A stretch of 63,958 nucleotides of DNA, filler included, from Lenisia limosa (GCA_001655205.1; 15 parts of 15 records of this genome joined end to end with filler, not necessarily neighbours in it); one strand, 5' to 3'. Positions 52,726 to 63,958 are shown, counted from the whole stretch's first letter. Numbers and translations are program-made. The notes: a model not told the origin generated them from the letters alone.

Positions 52726-53627
52726 TGGTGGTTTGTATTATCTCAGGGTTAGTAGTTTCCAAATCCAAAACAGTCGTTTCCTCAAGAAGTTACGATTTTA
52801 GAGATAATGAGGCGGAATTCTGCGACTTTATCATTCCGAATGAGCAGTATGAGGTGTACATGTTTATCATTATATATAATAGTATATTATATAGTAATAT
52901 ATATCATATGTTTATCGATATGTATTATATGACGCTGGGAAGGCACGCTGAAAGCTGTTTACGTAATATTTGGTGAATAAATATATTAATCCAAAATCTC
53001 TTATAAGCGTGATGGTATGAACACCAGATACAACCTTGTTTTTTTCTCATTTCTCTATATTCATTACTGACAATAGGTCACTTCAAATTTAGCAATTAAT
53101 TTTTGCACAGAGCCCTGACAATATAATTCTATTCCTCTTCATCTTTTCACCCTCACAGCTCTGATGGTGTGCAAGGCGTACAGCTAGCCGGCCTGAAGGC
53201 AGTCGACAGACAAGTCCAACGGGATATGTCCGCATCTGAGTACCATGAGCAGTTGAAAAAAGTGGGGGGGGGAGGGTTGACCTATTCCCTTTCTTCACCC
53301 CTTCACCACCAGTCGATTTTGGGCTTTTGTGACATAAATTTTCAAATTTTACCCCAATGATGGGATGTGGTGCTGCAGAAGTGACTGGCCTAGGCTTTGT
53401 TTGTTTTGTTGTATCAACCCTCGTGTGTTGTCATCCAAAGAGTTGATTGTGGGCTTTTTTTTGTTTCATAAATGTTCCAATTTTACAGTCCCCCCTCCCC
53501 TCAGCAAGTTGAATTCGAGACCAAAAAGTACCTGCTAACCGCCTCTGTTGCCGATTTGTTGGCTGCCACAGCCTCACAGACCCTGACTAACCCGGCTGAC
53601 TTGTACCACTCCACGGCGTTCCTCAAT
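52726..53627 (+). CDS. Hypothetical protein, internal exons
   Basis: In-frame exons GLVVSKSKTVVSSRSYDFRDNEAEFCDFIIPNEQYE, SDGVQGVQLAGLKAVDRQVQRDMSASEYHEQLKK and QVEFETKKYLLTASVADLL..YHSTAFLN, each with GT/AG borders. Confidence 0.5.
53357..53504 (+). repeat. Intronic repeat family D, ~120-150 nt (copies ~15940-16080 -, ~16770-16898 +, ~17135-17257 +, ~22855-22935 +, ~28000-28200 -, ~28320-28352 -, ~30712-30800 -, ~50920-50998 +, ~51255-51305 +, ~54580-54678 -, ~55085-55145 -, ~61885-61945 +)
   Basis: Consensus gatgggatgcggtgctgcagaagcaactggcc..tttgttttgttgttatcaaccctcgtgtgttgtcagccaacagagttgattttgggctttttgtttcataaattttccaattttaccccccc(ag). Confidence 0.85.
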
Positions 53628-54473
53628 GTGGGGGGAGTGGGGGGATGTATATTGTATACATATAAAGGTGGTCTTCCAATATCTAATTCTCCTTCTTTTC
53701 TTCTCAGACCTCATGATATTTTCCTTAATTACAGATTATATTTCTCTTTATTTGAATTTCCCTTATGATCATATTCCTTTTCTTTGCAGCAGTATTATCT
53801 GGGCTCAGTGCAATTAATTAAGAAATAATTTCATATTTTGGATACATTGAAATTGGAACTCTGTTTTAGAGGCTTTAATATAATCTCGTAATTCCATTAC
53901 CCTATTTCCATTACCTTTTAATATACTTAGCATGATGACGATGACGTGGAGGAGTAAATTGCCGAAGGGAGCTGTTTGCTTTTTTTTTTCAATGATCTTA
54001 GGTCTGAGAGGGTGGTGGTGGTACTTGGATCCCCATATAAATATTAGAAATCCCAAATTTTCGTCAGAATCCAAAGTCAATGAGACGTAGTGTTTGACGA
54101 CTTCCTCTTTATATTTTTCAAGCCCTTTACACTTTAGAGTTTTTCGACAGAATCGAGACGAAAGCGGGTTCGTTTTGTCTGATTAGTTTGGTGAGTTAGG
54201 TCTTTAGTGTATAGTATGAATTTCATGTATTTTATCACTTTGGAACAGCGGTGATTGTTACTTAACTCGTGGAAGGAAAAAACACCTTCCTCAGGACACT
54301 ACTGTAAAGTCACGATATTCATAAAACCATAAATAGGATTCTTAAAAAGTTGTTGGGATTCCCAATTACACTCTATTTGAATCGCAATATAATTGTATGA
54401 CCTGCAAGAAACTGTTCACTATAGTTGGAAAAGAAGACATATTACATTAAGACTTGGCAATAAATAAGAATAA

Positions 54474-55340
54474 CTACTCCTCAACACTCCACTGCTCTTG
54501 TGAAGGCACAATTGGACACTCTGCTATGAATCTAGCGCATTTGGCCAGACTTTCACTACTATTGAGCGAAAAGAGCGACCTAGGGGGGGGGGGGGTTAAA
54601 TTGGAAAAATTATGAAACAAAAAGCCCAAAATCAACTCTGTTGGCTGACAACACACGAGTGTTGATAACAACAAAACANNNNNNNNNNNNNNNNNNNNNN
54701 NNNNNNNNNNNNNNNNNNNNNNNNNNNNNNNNNNNNNNNNNNNNNNNNNNNNNNNNNNNNNNTTGTGAAAAAGGAGATTTTATGGATCTAAAGAGGGACA
54801 TTGGGGGGATGAAAATGGAGAACCCACCTGGCCAGGTTCTCCAAGCCGAGTCGTCGCAGCGTTGAGGCCAGTTCCGTACAGGGTAAGTTGCTAGCCTCAA
54901 ACAAGGCCGGGCACATTATGAGCGATGATAGGTATGATACTGGCAAACCCGCGGACTGTGGAGGTCAAGGGAGGGGGGGCAGGAATTAGAGTACTTTTAA
55001 AACATTGTTTTTTTGTTGTAGTAAAACCAAAAAAAGCCCAGGCCAGTCGGTGAAATACTGTTTCTGAATTAATAGACAAAAGAAAAATTCATATGTTCAT
55101 AATGAAACAAAACAAAAAGTCCAATATCAACCCTGCTGAAAACTAGAAATTTTATAAATAAGAGGGGAAAGAGGGTGAGGGGTAAAATCGGACAATTTCT
55201 GAATACAAAAAATAATAATAAGCCCAAAATCCCCCCTCTCCCCGCACTGCAGTGGCCTGTTCGGCAGTGGCGGAGGGACCAAGGCTGCGCATGACCTGAA
55301 CTAGGGCGTCTCCCCCTCTTTGAAGGGCTATGCGGCAGAA
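54474..55340 (-). CDS. Hypothetical protein, last exons
   Basis: FCRIALQRGGDALVQVMRSLGPSATAEQATA / SAGLPVSYLSSLIMCPALFEASNLPCTELASTLRRLGLENLA / RSLFSLNSSESLAKCARFIAECPIVPSQEQWSVEE, TAG at 54474. The exons splice in frame. Confidence 0.6.
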
Positions 55341-55512
55341 CTGCGGGGTGAGGAGAGAGAGAGAGAGAAAACGGATAAGTTATGGAACACAATAAAAAAG
55401 AAAATATCAACTNNNNNNNNNNNNNNNNNNNNNNNNNNNNNNNNNNNNNNNNNNNNTTAATTAATTAANNNNNNNNNNNNNNNNNNNNNNNNNNNNNNNN
55501 NNNNNNNNNNNN

Positions 55513-55627
55513 CCTACACAGGCCTCCCAACCTCCGAAACTCAATAACTCCTACACAGGCCTCCCAACCTCCAAAACTCAATAACTCCTACATAGGCCTC
55601 CCAACCTCCGAAACTCAATAACTCCTA
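55513..55627. repeat. 37-nt tandem repeat x3 at contig edge
   Basis: cctacacaggcctcccaacctccgaaactcaataact x3 with single-base variants. Confidence 0.9.
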
Positions 55628-55908
55628 GTACCCAGGGCTTGCTTTACTTCGGTTCGAAAAAAAACTGAATTTCTCGATAAATCCTCGAAAACTATCGATA
55701 CTTTACCGGTCTTTTTCGAACCGAAGTAAAGCCCCCCCCCCCCCNNNNNNNNNNNNNNNNNNNNNNNNNNNNNNNNNNNNNNNNNNNNNNNNNNNNNNNN
55801 NNNNNNNNNNNNNNNNNNNNNNNNNNNNNNNNNNNNNNNNNNNNNNNNNNNNNNNNNNNNNNNNNNNNNNNNNNNNNNNNNNNNNNNNNNNNNNNNNNNN
55901 NNNNNNNN

Positions 55909-58075
55909 CCAGTCCACGTCTTGGAAGAACGGGTGCGCTGCGACCTCCACACAGCTGTTGGCTCTGTCGAGGGTGAGATGCATCTGAGGGTACAAGGTAC
56001 AAAACATGCTTCTAAGTTCTCACCCCAGTCTCGTCTCGGGGTTAGGGTCGAGTAAGGCATTGACAAGATCCATGGCAACCTGGCGGATGGTGTTAGACGC
56101 ACATGCTGGNNNNNNNNNNNNNNNNNNNNNNNNNNNNNNNNNNNNNNNNNNNNNNNNNNNNNNNNNNNNNNNNNNNNNNNNNNNNNNNNNNNNNNNNNNN
56201 NNNNNNNNNNNNNNNNNNNNNNNNNNNNNNNNNNNNNNNNNNNNNNNNNNNNNNNNNNNNNNNNNNNNNNNNNNNNNNNNNNNNNNNNNNNNNNNNNNNN
56301 NNNNNNNNNNNNNNNNNNNNNNNNNNNNNNNNNNNNNNNNNNNNNNNNNNNNNNNNNNNNNNNNNNNNNNNNNNNNNNNNNNNNNNNNNNNNNNCTACAT
56401 ACACAAAAACACAATATTTTATTGGCAATTACTAAATAGCTAAGATCCACAGTGATCCAGCAGCTTACTTCCTGTGGTGAAGAGGCATGGAAGGGGGGAA
56501 CGCCAACAAGACACTCATATGCTATGACGCCAAAGGACCACCAGTCAGACGCGCGCGTGGCGGAGTTGCCGTTGATGATCTGCATGGTGAGGGGAGGTGT
56601 GATATGCCAAAATAACTGAAGTGGAGCTGTAATGAGGATAGAGGTAGCCGACCTCTGGAGCAGCGTAGTCTGGCGTAGCAAGCATCTGATTAAGCGGCTT
56701 TTGTCGCGGGGTGGAGTCGTCAGAGAGGCCCAAGTCGGCAAGCTTCAAGTGGCCGTTACGGTCTGTGGGGTGAGGCTGAAAGGGACCCATTGAACTGAAC
56801 TAATCGATGATGAAAATAGCTATCAAATACACTCATTACGCCCACCGAACAGCACGTTATCAGGCTTCAAGTCGCGGTGTATAATGCCGCGACTGTGTAG
56901 GCTGCGAATTGCCAGGAACTACACAGGTTGGTCAATTAATAACTCACACTGTAACCGAGGGATTCTGTCTGATTTCACCCATCCACAATCTAAGACACGC
57001 CCACAACCCATAATCAAGGCCACCCCCGGGTACCATAGAGGCAAGACAGAATTCGGCTGTTTCGCACTCAAAACGGCCCACCACCTCCAAAACGGATCGA
57101 AGGTCGCCACCCGGCCTGGAAGGATGAAATCCATCAATTCGTTTTACTCATAAACAAGAGATCCTTTCGACAATAAGGAGTGCAAGACCCCCCACCCCCC
57201 ATGTAATAAATAATAGTATATAGCAATGAGAAAAAAATAAAATAAGGCGTTGTCTGGCCGAAGCCGTCCATACCATCACGCTTATAAGAGATATTGGATT
57301 ACTGTATAATATTAATTCACCCAATCACCCAATCACCTACATAGATATCATACACACACACATACATTTTGTATATACAAGTAGAGGGTCACCACTTACA
57401 TATACTCCATGACCAAGTAGAGGGTCACCCCCCCACATATACTCCATGACCAAGTAGAGGGTCACCCCCCACATATACTCCATGACCAAGTAGAGGGTCG
57501 AGGACGTTTGGAAGGCAGAAAACAGGGTGACAACACGGGCAATTCCTTTGGCCTTAGCAAGCATGTCTCTTTCGGTCTGTGTGGTCAAAACCACGTTGAA
57601 ATTCGGTTCAAATCTACGTTGAAATTCGATCAAATCCACGTTGAAATTCGGCTGTTAACTACATCTATTTCCTCAAGGCACATTGCAATCTACGAACAAA
57701 AGAGCAGTGCGGACTGAAATGAAAAAATATGGTCCTTATGCCCACTTTACAGCTGGCAAAGCTGTTTTTCTTCCACATAGCGCCCTTGTCCATCGCCTTC
57801 AGAGCATAGTGCCCACCTGGGGTATAAATGGGGTATGTACGATGTTGTATAATATCGATATGGTTCGAAATGAGAGAACTTTCTAATTACAATGCATTTT
57901 GGACCATATCTCAGACAATGCTGATATATCAAAGTATGTTGCTTTTTCTTCCACTTTGCCCACCACTTTCCCTATGCCGAACAAGGAAAACCTTGCCGTA
58001 CGCCCCACGCGCTAAGCGGGAAACGAACTCGAAGTCTTCAATGGACGGTTTTCGACGAACATGCGTGTCTAGGGC
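55909..58075 (-). CDS. AGC-group Ser/Thr kinase, MAST/Greatwall/IRE-like catalytic domain
   Basis: [25 protein letters not shown] / [22 protein letters not shown] / [14 protein letters not shown] / PGGDLRSVL / [17 protein letters not shown] / [20 protein letters not shown] / [19 protein letters not shown] / DPNPETRLG / [10 protein letters not shown]. Confidence 0.9.
57381..57499 (-). repeat. 36/37-nt tandem triplication spanning a kinase exon end and 5' splice site
   Basis: acatatactccatgaccaagtagagggtc starts at 57398, 57435 and 57471. Confidence 0.9.
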
Positions 58076-58569
58076 TATCAAACATGTTTTTACCCGTTAC
58101 ACATTACATGGAAGAGAAAAGAATATGAAGTTGACGAATGTCACCGTAAAAGAACCGTTAGACCTACGTTTGGACTTGGGCTTGAGGGGCAGTGGCGGGG
58201 GGANNNNNNNNNNNNNNNNNNNNNNNNNNNNNNNNNNNNNNNNNNNNTTAATTAATTAANNNNNNNNNNNNNNNNNNNNNNNNNNNNNNNNNNNNNNNNN
58301 NNNGGGGGGGGGGGGGAATTGGAAGATAAAACGAATGATTTCGATGAAGAAAAGGTGTAAAATTGTTATATTTATAACACAAGGAAGCCAATGAAGAACT
58401 TTTCGGAATCTGAGTGTAAAGGAACTAATAACGAACCAAATAAATAAACTCCAAACCACAACAATAAATAAACAAGATTATTGCAAAATGCACCACCCTC
58501 AGCCGCACAAATAAACAACAACAAAACAATATATTGTATAAAGCAGGCTGGTACACGACCCTCACCACA

Positions 58570-59294
58570 AGGTTGGCGTTGTAGGATTGTTTGAGCTTCT
58601 CTACAGCGTTCTTATGATTTGCAATGACCTTTTCGCTGTCCTAAAGAATCAATAAGATGGATAAGTGCTTGCACCATATGAAATTAATAAATTCTTATGG
58701 AAATTGAAGCGACGAATTGCAACAAGAGACTTTCAGACTTTTTATTTTAAAATTTAGTCGATAAATTAACTACACGTGGCCCTAAAAGTATCCATAAGAT
58801 GGATAAGGTGATTAAGTGTGTGTGAATAGCTATATTGATTGGTTTGACACCTTTTTATGCTGTACGTGTGAGGTAAAGATGAAGACACATAAGCAAGAAT
58901 TTGAAACTGGCTTAGTCTGTGGTTTAGTATATGAACAGGGTGCTTGAAGTACAGGAGTAAATTGCAACACTCGGATTTCAGATGAATATCCCACATGATC
59001 TCAAACACTCCAGCTACATACCTTTTCGGCCCTCTTCTGGTTCTTGGGTCCTTGTGCAGCAATAGCAACCATTCTTTTGGCTTCCTTCTCCTTGAGGCTG
59101 GCTTTCTTGTCGAGATCCTTCGCTTTTTGGCGGAGTGATTTAGCCTGAATTTATAAGCCGGTTATTTCTAGCAATGATAATGAATATTATAAAGAAGCCC
59201 ATGAGAGACGCACCTCCTCTCTCATTTGACGAGCATCTTTGTTCAAATTGTCGCCTTCGGTCTTAGCTCTCTTTAATTCTGCAGGAGGGGCCAT
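58570..59294 (-). CDS. Small basic/charged helical protein, unidentified
   Basis: ATG at 59294: MAPPAELKRAKTEGDNLNKDARQMREE / AKSLRQKAKDLDKKASLKEKEAKRMVAIAAQGPKNQKRAEK / DSEKVIANHKNAVEKLKQSYNANL. Exons splice in frame. Confidence 0.6.
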
Positions 59295-59424
59295 TATGTA
59301 ACGATTATACTGAAAGGAAAGTGGAAATGCTTATTCTTTTCTCTAAAAGAGAGAAAGAGAATGATACCAACCCCATGAGTTTTTATTATAAATATTATTT
59401 TCTTTCAAAATATTGTCTGTAGCC

Positions 59425-59694
59425 ATGCAGATTAAGATTAAGGTATGTTGTGAATATCACGAATTTATTGACACATTAAGGCACTTACTGGTCGCGAGAT
59501 CGTCGTCGACATTGAACCTGATGATAAGGTTGGTCACAGGTCGCTTCTGGTTCTCTCTTACGGTTATTTGTAGGTCGAACGTATAAAGGAACGTGTTGAG
59601 GAGAAGGAAGGCATCCCTCCAGAACAGCAGAGGTTTGTTGACGCTCGTGATTCTCTTCTCACCTGTCTAGGTTGATCTTCTCTGGAAAGTCTCT
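59425..59694 (+). CDS. NEDD8: NEDD8/Rub1 ubiquitin-like protein (last exon not visible)
   Basis: MQIKIK / [16 protein letters not shown] / [20 protein letters not shown] / [30 protein letters not shown] is NEDD8-type, not ubiquitin. Confidence 0.9.
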
Positions 59695-60292
59695 GTGAGG
59701 GGTTTTGGGGGTTTTCTCTATCTGACACTGGTGTATTAACGGGCTTTAATAGTGTCTTTTCTTCTTTACATCTTGGAATAATTGGTGAACTGGCTATTGG
59801 GGGTGCAGAATGCAGTTGCAAGGCAGAATGATTGGGTGGGTTAAAATATTACANNNNNNNNNNNNNNNNNNNNNNNNNNNNNNNNNNNNNNNNNNNNNNN
59901 NNNNNNNNNNNNNNNNNNNNNNNNNNNNNNNNNNNNNNNNNNNNNNNNNNNNNNNNNNNNNNNNNNNNNNNNNTATAACCTTGTTTGATAACGCATCTAT
60001 ATAACTTATTGGGGGTGTTCTTTTGAAATGTGTTAAAACAATAATATGATCAACCATGTGACACACCATTTTCACATTTCCCCCTTCCTTCCACAATACC
60101 CCTAATTGTCACATCCCCTGATACCTTCCATCAAACCCCACGTATGTGTTTATTATCATATGATAATACTAGTTAAAGAAGCCGATTGTCTGATTATAAT
60201 AATAATTAAAGGCTGATTATTTATTATAAGTCTTGACCTATTTTCTTTGGGAAATCACATAGCAAATCGATCAAGACTTATCCCGGTCACTG

Positions 60293-60330
<38 letters not shown>

Positions 60331-62570
60331 GTAATTAAAGTCTGACTGTTTAGCCATGACACCAAANNNNNNNNNNNNNNNNNNNNNNNNNNNNNNNNNN
60401 NNNNNNNNNNTTAATTAATTAANNNNNNNNNNNNNNNNNNNNNNNNNNNNNNNNNNNNNNNNNNNNACCTTATTTATTCCCCTTTTATAGGGAAAGGACT
60501 TTCTTTTGCAAGACGATTTTGGGGCATTACGAATTAAAACACTGTAAAAAATGACTTTTCCAATCATTCTCATATATCATATCTCCTTGTCAAATGCTAA
60601 TCTCTTTCACCATATTATACAAGAAATGTGCATCAAGAGTGAAAGAATGATAATATTGTTTAAAGCAGGTCTCCAAATCAGATTCACGAATTTTGGTCAA
60701 AAGTAGTCAAAAGCTGTACCCCAAATCAATGGGAAAACCCTTACATACCGAGGTTTCATTCTGGTTTAGCGGCCTGCCATAAAATATGGTAATAGTAAAT
60801 TGAAAAATACAAGTCAATATTATTTTAATTAACCTAGGGCTACACTTCGAAGGACTTTGCCACTGGTCATTATCACAGCTTAATGTTGACAAGTTNNNNN
60901 NNNNNNNNNNNNNNNNNNNNNNNNNNNNNNNNNNNNNNNNNNNNNNNNNNNNNNNNNNNNNNNNNNNNNNNNNNNNNNNNNNNNNNNNNNNNNNNNNNNN
61001 NNNNNNNNNNNNNNNNNNNNNNNNNNNNNNNNNNNNNNNNNNNNNNNNNNNNNNNNNNNGTGTATCGGTGCTGTCAATCCGAATTTTCAGATGGTGAGGA
61101 CTTAGGTTCAAAAAAAAGACAGAATTTCTCGGAAAATCTTCGATAAATATCGATATTTTATCAGTTTTTTTCAAACCGTAGTGAAGCCCTAGGTATAATA
61201 CTATATGATATTCATGAAGGGGGAGTATTGGGGTAGTAAACAACACCAATAAAGAGGGGGATTACGTACATATATATTATGTATATCATAAGTATACAGT
61301 GACTGGCATAAGTGTTGACCTATTTTCCTTGGGAAATTATGAAAATTGGTCAGGACTTATCCCGTCATTTTATAGATATGATTTGATGGCGGGGTTTGCA
61401 AACAATACAAAAAACAAAAACAGCGGGAGGCGACGGCGGCAGACGGTTTTACTATACGAAAGGGTGGAAGAGGGCATGATGTCGAGAGGGGGTGTTATGA
61501 TATACTGAACCTGACATAAAAAATATTTATTTCACCTATTCCTAAAACTTACGGCATTTACAATGTTTAGTCAATCGTGTCGGGACCTGTCCCGATATAT
61601 ATATAGGTGACTATACATGAACGCGAACACTCCCATGAACGCGAACGCTTTTTCNNNNNNNNNNNNNNNNNNNNNNNNNNNNNNNNNNNNNNNNNNNNTT
61701 AATTAATTAANNNNNNNNNNNNNNNNNNNNNNNNNNNNNNNNNNNNNNNNNNNNTGAGTAGAGTGGGGTAATCTTCATCTGGTTTTGTATAGGTCTATCT
61801 GGTACTACTTCTGTCTGTTTTTGCTTTTGTTTGGGTTTCAGATTATTTGGTTTGTGGTTAATATGTTCACGCCACTATTCTTCAGTGAAATGTCCTCACG
61901 TGTTGTCACTAAACAGAGTTGATTTTGGGCTAATTTGTACAACTCCTGTCTTATTTTTTTTTTTTTTTNNNNNNNNNNNNNNNNNNNNNNNNNNNNNNNN
62001 NNNNNNNNNNNNNNNNNNNNNNNNNNNNNNNNNNNNNNNNNNNNNNNNNNNNNNNNNNNNNNNNNNNNNNNNNNNNNNNNNNNNNNNNNNNNNNNNNNNN
62101 NNNNNNNNNNNNNNNNNNNNNNNNNNNNNNNNNNNNNNNNNNNNNNNNNNNNNNNNNNNNNNNNNNNNNNNNNNNNNNNNNNNNNNNNNNNNNNNNNNNN
62201 NNNNNNNNNNNNNNNNCATGGCAAATCGGGCAAGACTTGTCTCGGTAACTGTATATCACATAGCAAATCGGGCAAGACTTATCTCGGTAACTGTATAATC
62301 AAATCTTGGTCACTGTATTTTATTTTGTTTGGTTTTTTTTACTGTAATCGAATATCTCCTAATATGATATACAATCTTCAGTTCGTGATTATCACCTACG
62401 CCAATATTGTTCATCAAAATTTTCTTCATTTTNNNNNNNNNNNNNNNNNNNNNNNNNNNNNNNNNNNNNNNNNNNNNNNNNNNNNNNNNNNNNNNNNNNN
62501 NNNNNNNNNNNNNNNNNNNNNNNNNNNNNNNNNNNNNNNNNNNNNNNNNNNNNNNNNNNNNNNNNNNNNN

Positions 62571-63831
62571 TGCGGACAGAGCCGAACCCTCGCAGTGTGG
62601 TCATCGTCAACATGGAAGTGTGTGAGCACTCTTGACCACGCGGCTTATCCCCGGCCGGTGGACCGCTCAGAGTTTTTTGTCAGAATGGAGTGGGAAGGCG
62701 TATTAGAAATATCATCTATTTTCTGCATATTATCATGCATCAAAATGTTTTTTACACAACTCCAAACACACGCATACTATATCTACGGTGCATCAACTTG
62801 GGATTCTTGTGAAATCGTTGGAATGTCCATATTTTACATGAGAATTTCATGGTATCTTATGGAAATTCCAAATAATATACATGTATGATGTGGGAATCCC
62901 TGTAATATAGGTTCATCCTGAGAGAATCAGCGTAGCATTGACCCTACTGACACCCCACCCCCAGCTGGTCACCCCTTGGAGATTTCGTAGCCCTCCCGGC
63001 AGGCCTGATAAACGAAATGCCTGTTTGCGCAATTTTGGCCCTCAGCCATGAGGAGCCGCCGAAGGTGTCAGCGTTTCTCACCGGACATGCTAATGGCATC
63101 CTGGCTGCTGTGGGGGATTTGGGCTTCACTTCAGTTAAATAGACTGAAATTCTCGATAAATCTTCGATAAAAAAGTAAATAATATCATTATTTTTCGAAC
63201 CGAAGTGAAGCTCTATTTGGTTTTTGGAGAAAATATGATAATGTGACTCGTTTTATGGGGCAGTCGTTGTTTTTGAGGATGATATGAAATGCACTGGATT
63301 AATGACAGATGGAACTTACCAATATCTTATTTGCTATTGTTAATTCACCCTCAAGGCCTTTAACCCCCAATTGTTCCAAAATGATGGTGAACAAGAAGAT
63401 GGTGAACAGCAAGATGGTGAAGCCGATCATACCTCTGTGGTTGCTCTTTGTATGGGGGTGGTCAGAAAGGACATTTAAAAACGAGATATTATTGTGGCCA
63501 TAAAGTGGGTAGTTGAATGCTGATTTAGCCATATACACGTGCGGTGCATGTGATTTCAAGAACACGACAGTTCTTAAAGAACAACTTAATTTGATACAAA
63601 TCGGAGGGATATCATAAAACAAAAGTGCGGTGTGCTTCAAAGTATGAGCTGTCACAATACACGAATTTCATTACTTTCAACACTTTCACATATTTATGTT
63701 TTCTTAGAGAATTTCATCATATAATGATTATACTGTACTGTAAAAATATGATTTTTTTGTGTTTTAATATCATCTGCAGCCGACTCAGGCGGTCGAATCA
63801 CAATTTGGTCAACAGCTAAGAGGAAACCCCT
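62571..63831 (+). CDS. HIRA: HIRA/Hir1 histone H3.3 chaperone, WD40 region fragment
   Basis: GQSRTLAVWSSSTWKCVSTL / WSPLGDFVALPAGLINEMPVCAIL..FLTGHANGILAA / AFNPQLF..SVVAL / SDSGGRITIWSTAKRKPL. The order and spacing match HIRA WD repeats (WSPDG..N..P.A.I..GH..FNP..SVW..RPL). Confidence 0.75.
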
Positions 63832-63849
63832 GTAGGCGTTAGAGATTAG

Positions 63850-63893
63850 ATGTGTGTTGTGTGTGTTGTGTGTGTTGTGTGTGTGTGTGTGTG
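63850..63893. repeat. TG-rich microsatellite
   Basis: (tgtgtgt)n grading into (tg)n. Confidence 0.8.
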
Positions 63894-63958
63894 TTTTTCA
63901 ATTGAGATATGCCATAAAACAATATATTGTTAACCACCCCATTCCCCTCTGATTCGAA

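Noticed and set aside
56700-56745. DLG (for DFG) and ATPDY (for GTPDY) as signs of a pseudokinase
   Set aside because: The catalytic Lys, HRDLKPDN and the Mg-binding Asp are intact; DLG occurs in active kinases.
60467-61654. Coding gene on this contig
   Set aside because: Only MITE copies and short unassignable open stretches were found.

Overview
This is eukaryotic nuclear DNA, not a continuous locus. It consists of 15 unrelated scaffold pieces joined by an artificial N44-TTAATTAATTAA-N44 linker, so adjacency across linkers has no biological meaning. Genes are very intron-rich (GT-AG) and use the standard code. By manual splicing I recognise: axonemal dynein heavy chain, HYOU1/Grp170, a stand-alone mitochondrion-targeted glycine cleavage P1 subunit, an SLC45/SUT-like sugar transporter, a beta-first NAD(P) transhydrogenase, SRP54, an Mx-like dynamin, a Cys-rich ephrin-receptor-like repeat protein, an LRR protein, a truncated Rab6, glycogen phosphorylase, a giant coiled-coil protein, a MAST/Greatwall-like kinase, NEDD8 and HIRA. 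This set suggests a flagellated, probably anaerobic or microaerophilic protist (inference; species not determinable). The most unusual signal is intron architecture. At least six short repeat families sit in introns: hAT-like and Tc1/mariner-like MITEs, and two TIR-less families, one always sense to its host gene and often abutting the 3' splice site. There are also G-run/C-run intron ends, tandem duplications that copy splice sites, AAG acceptors, and 23-24 nt introns including a GT-TG one. All splice models are by eye; coordinates marked ~ are approximate.
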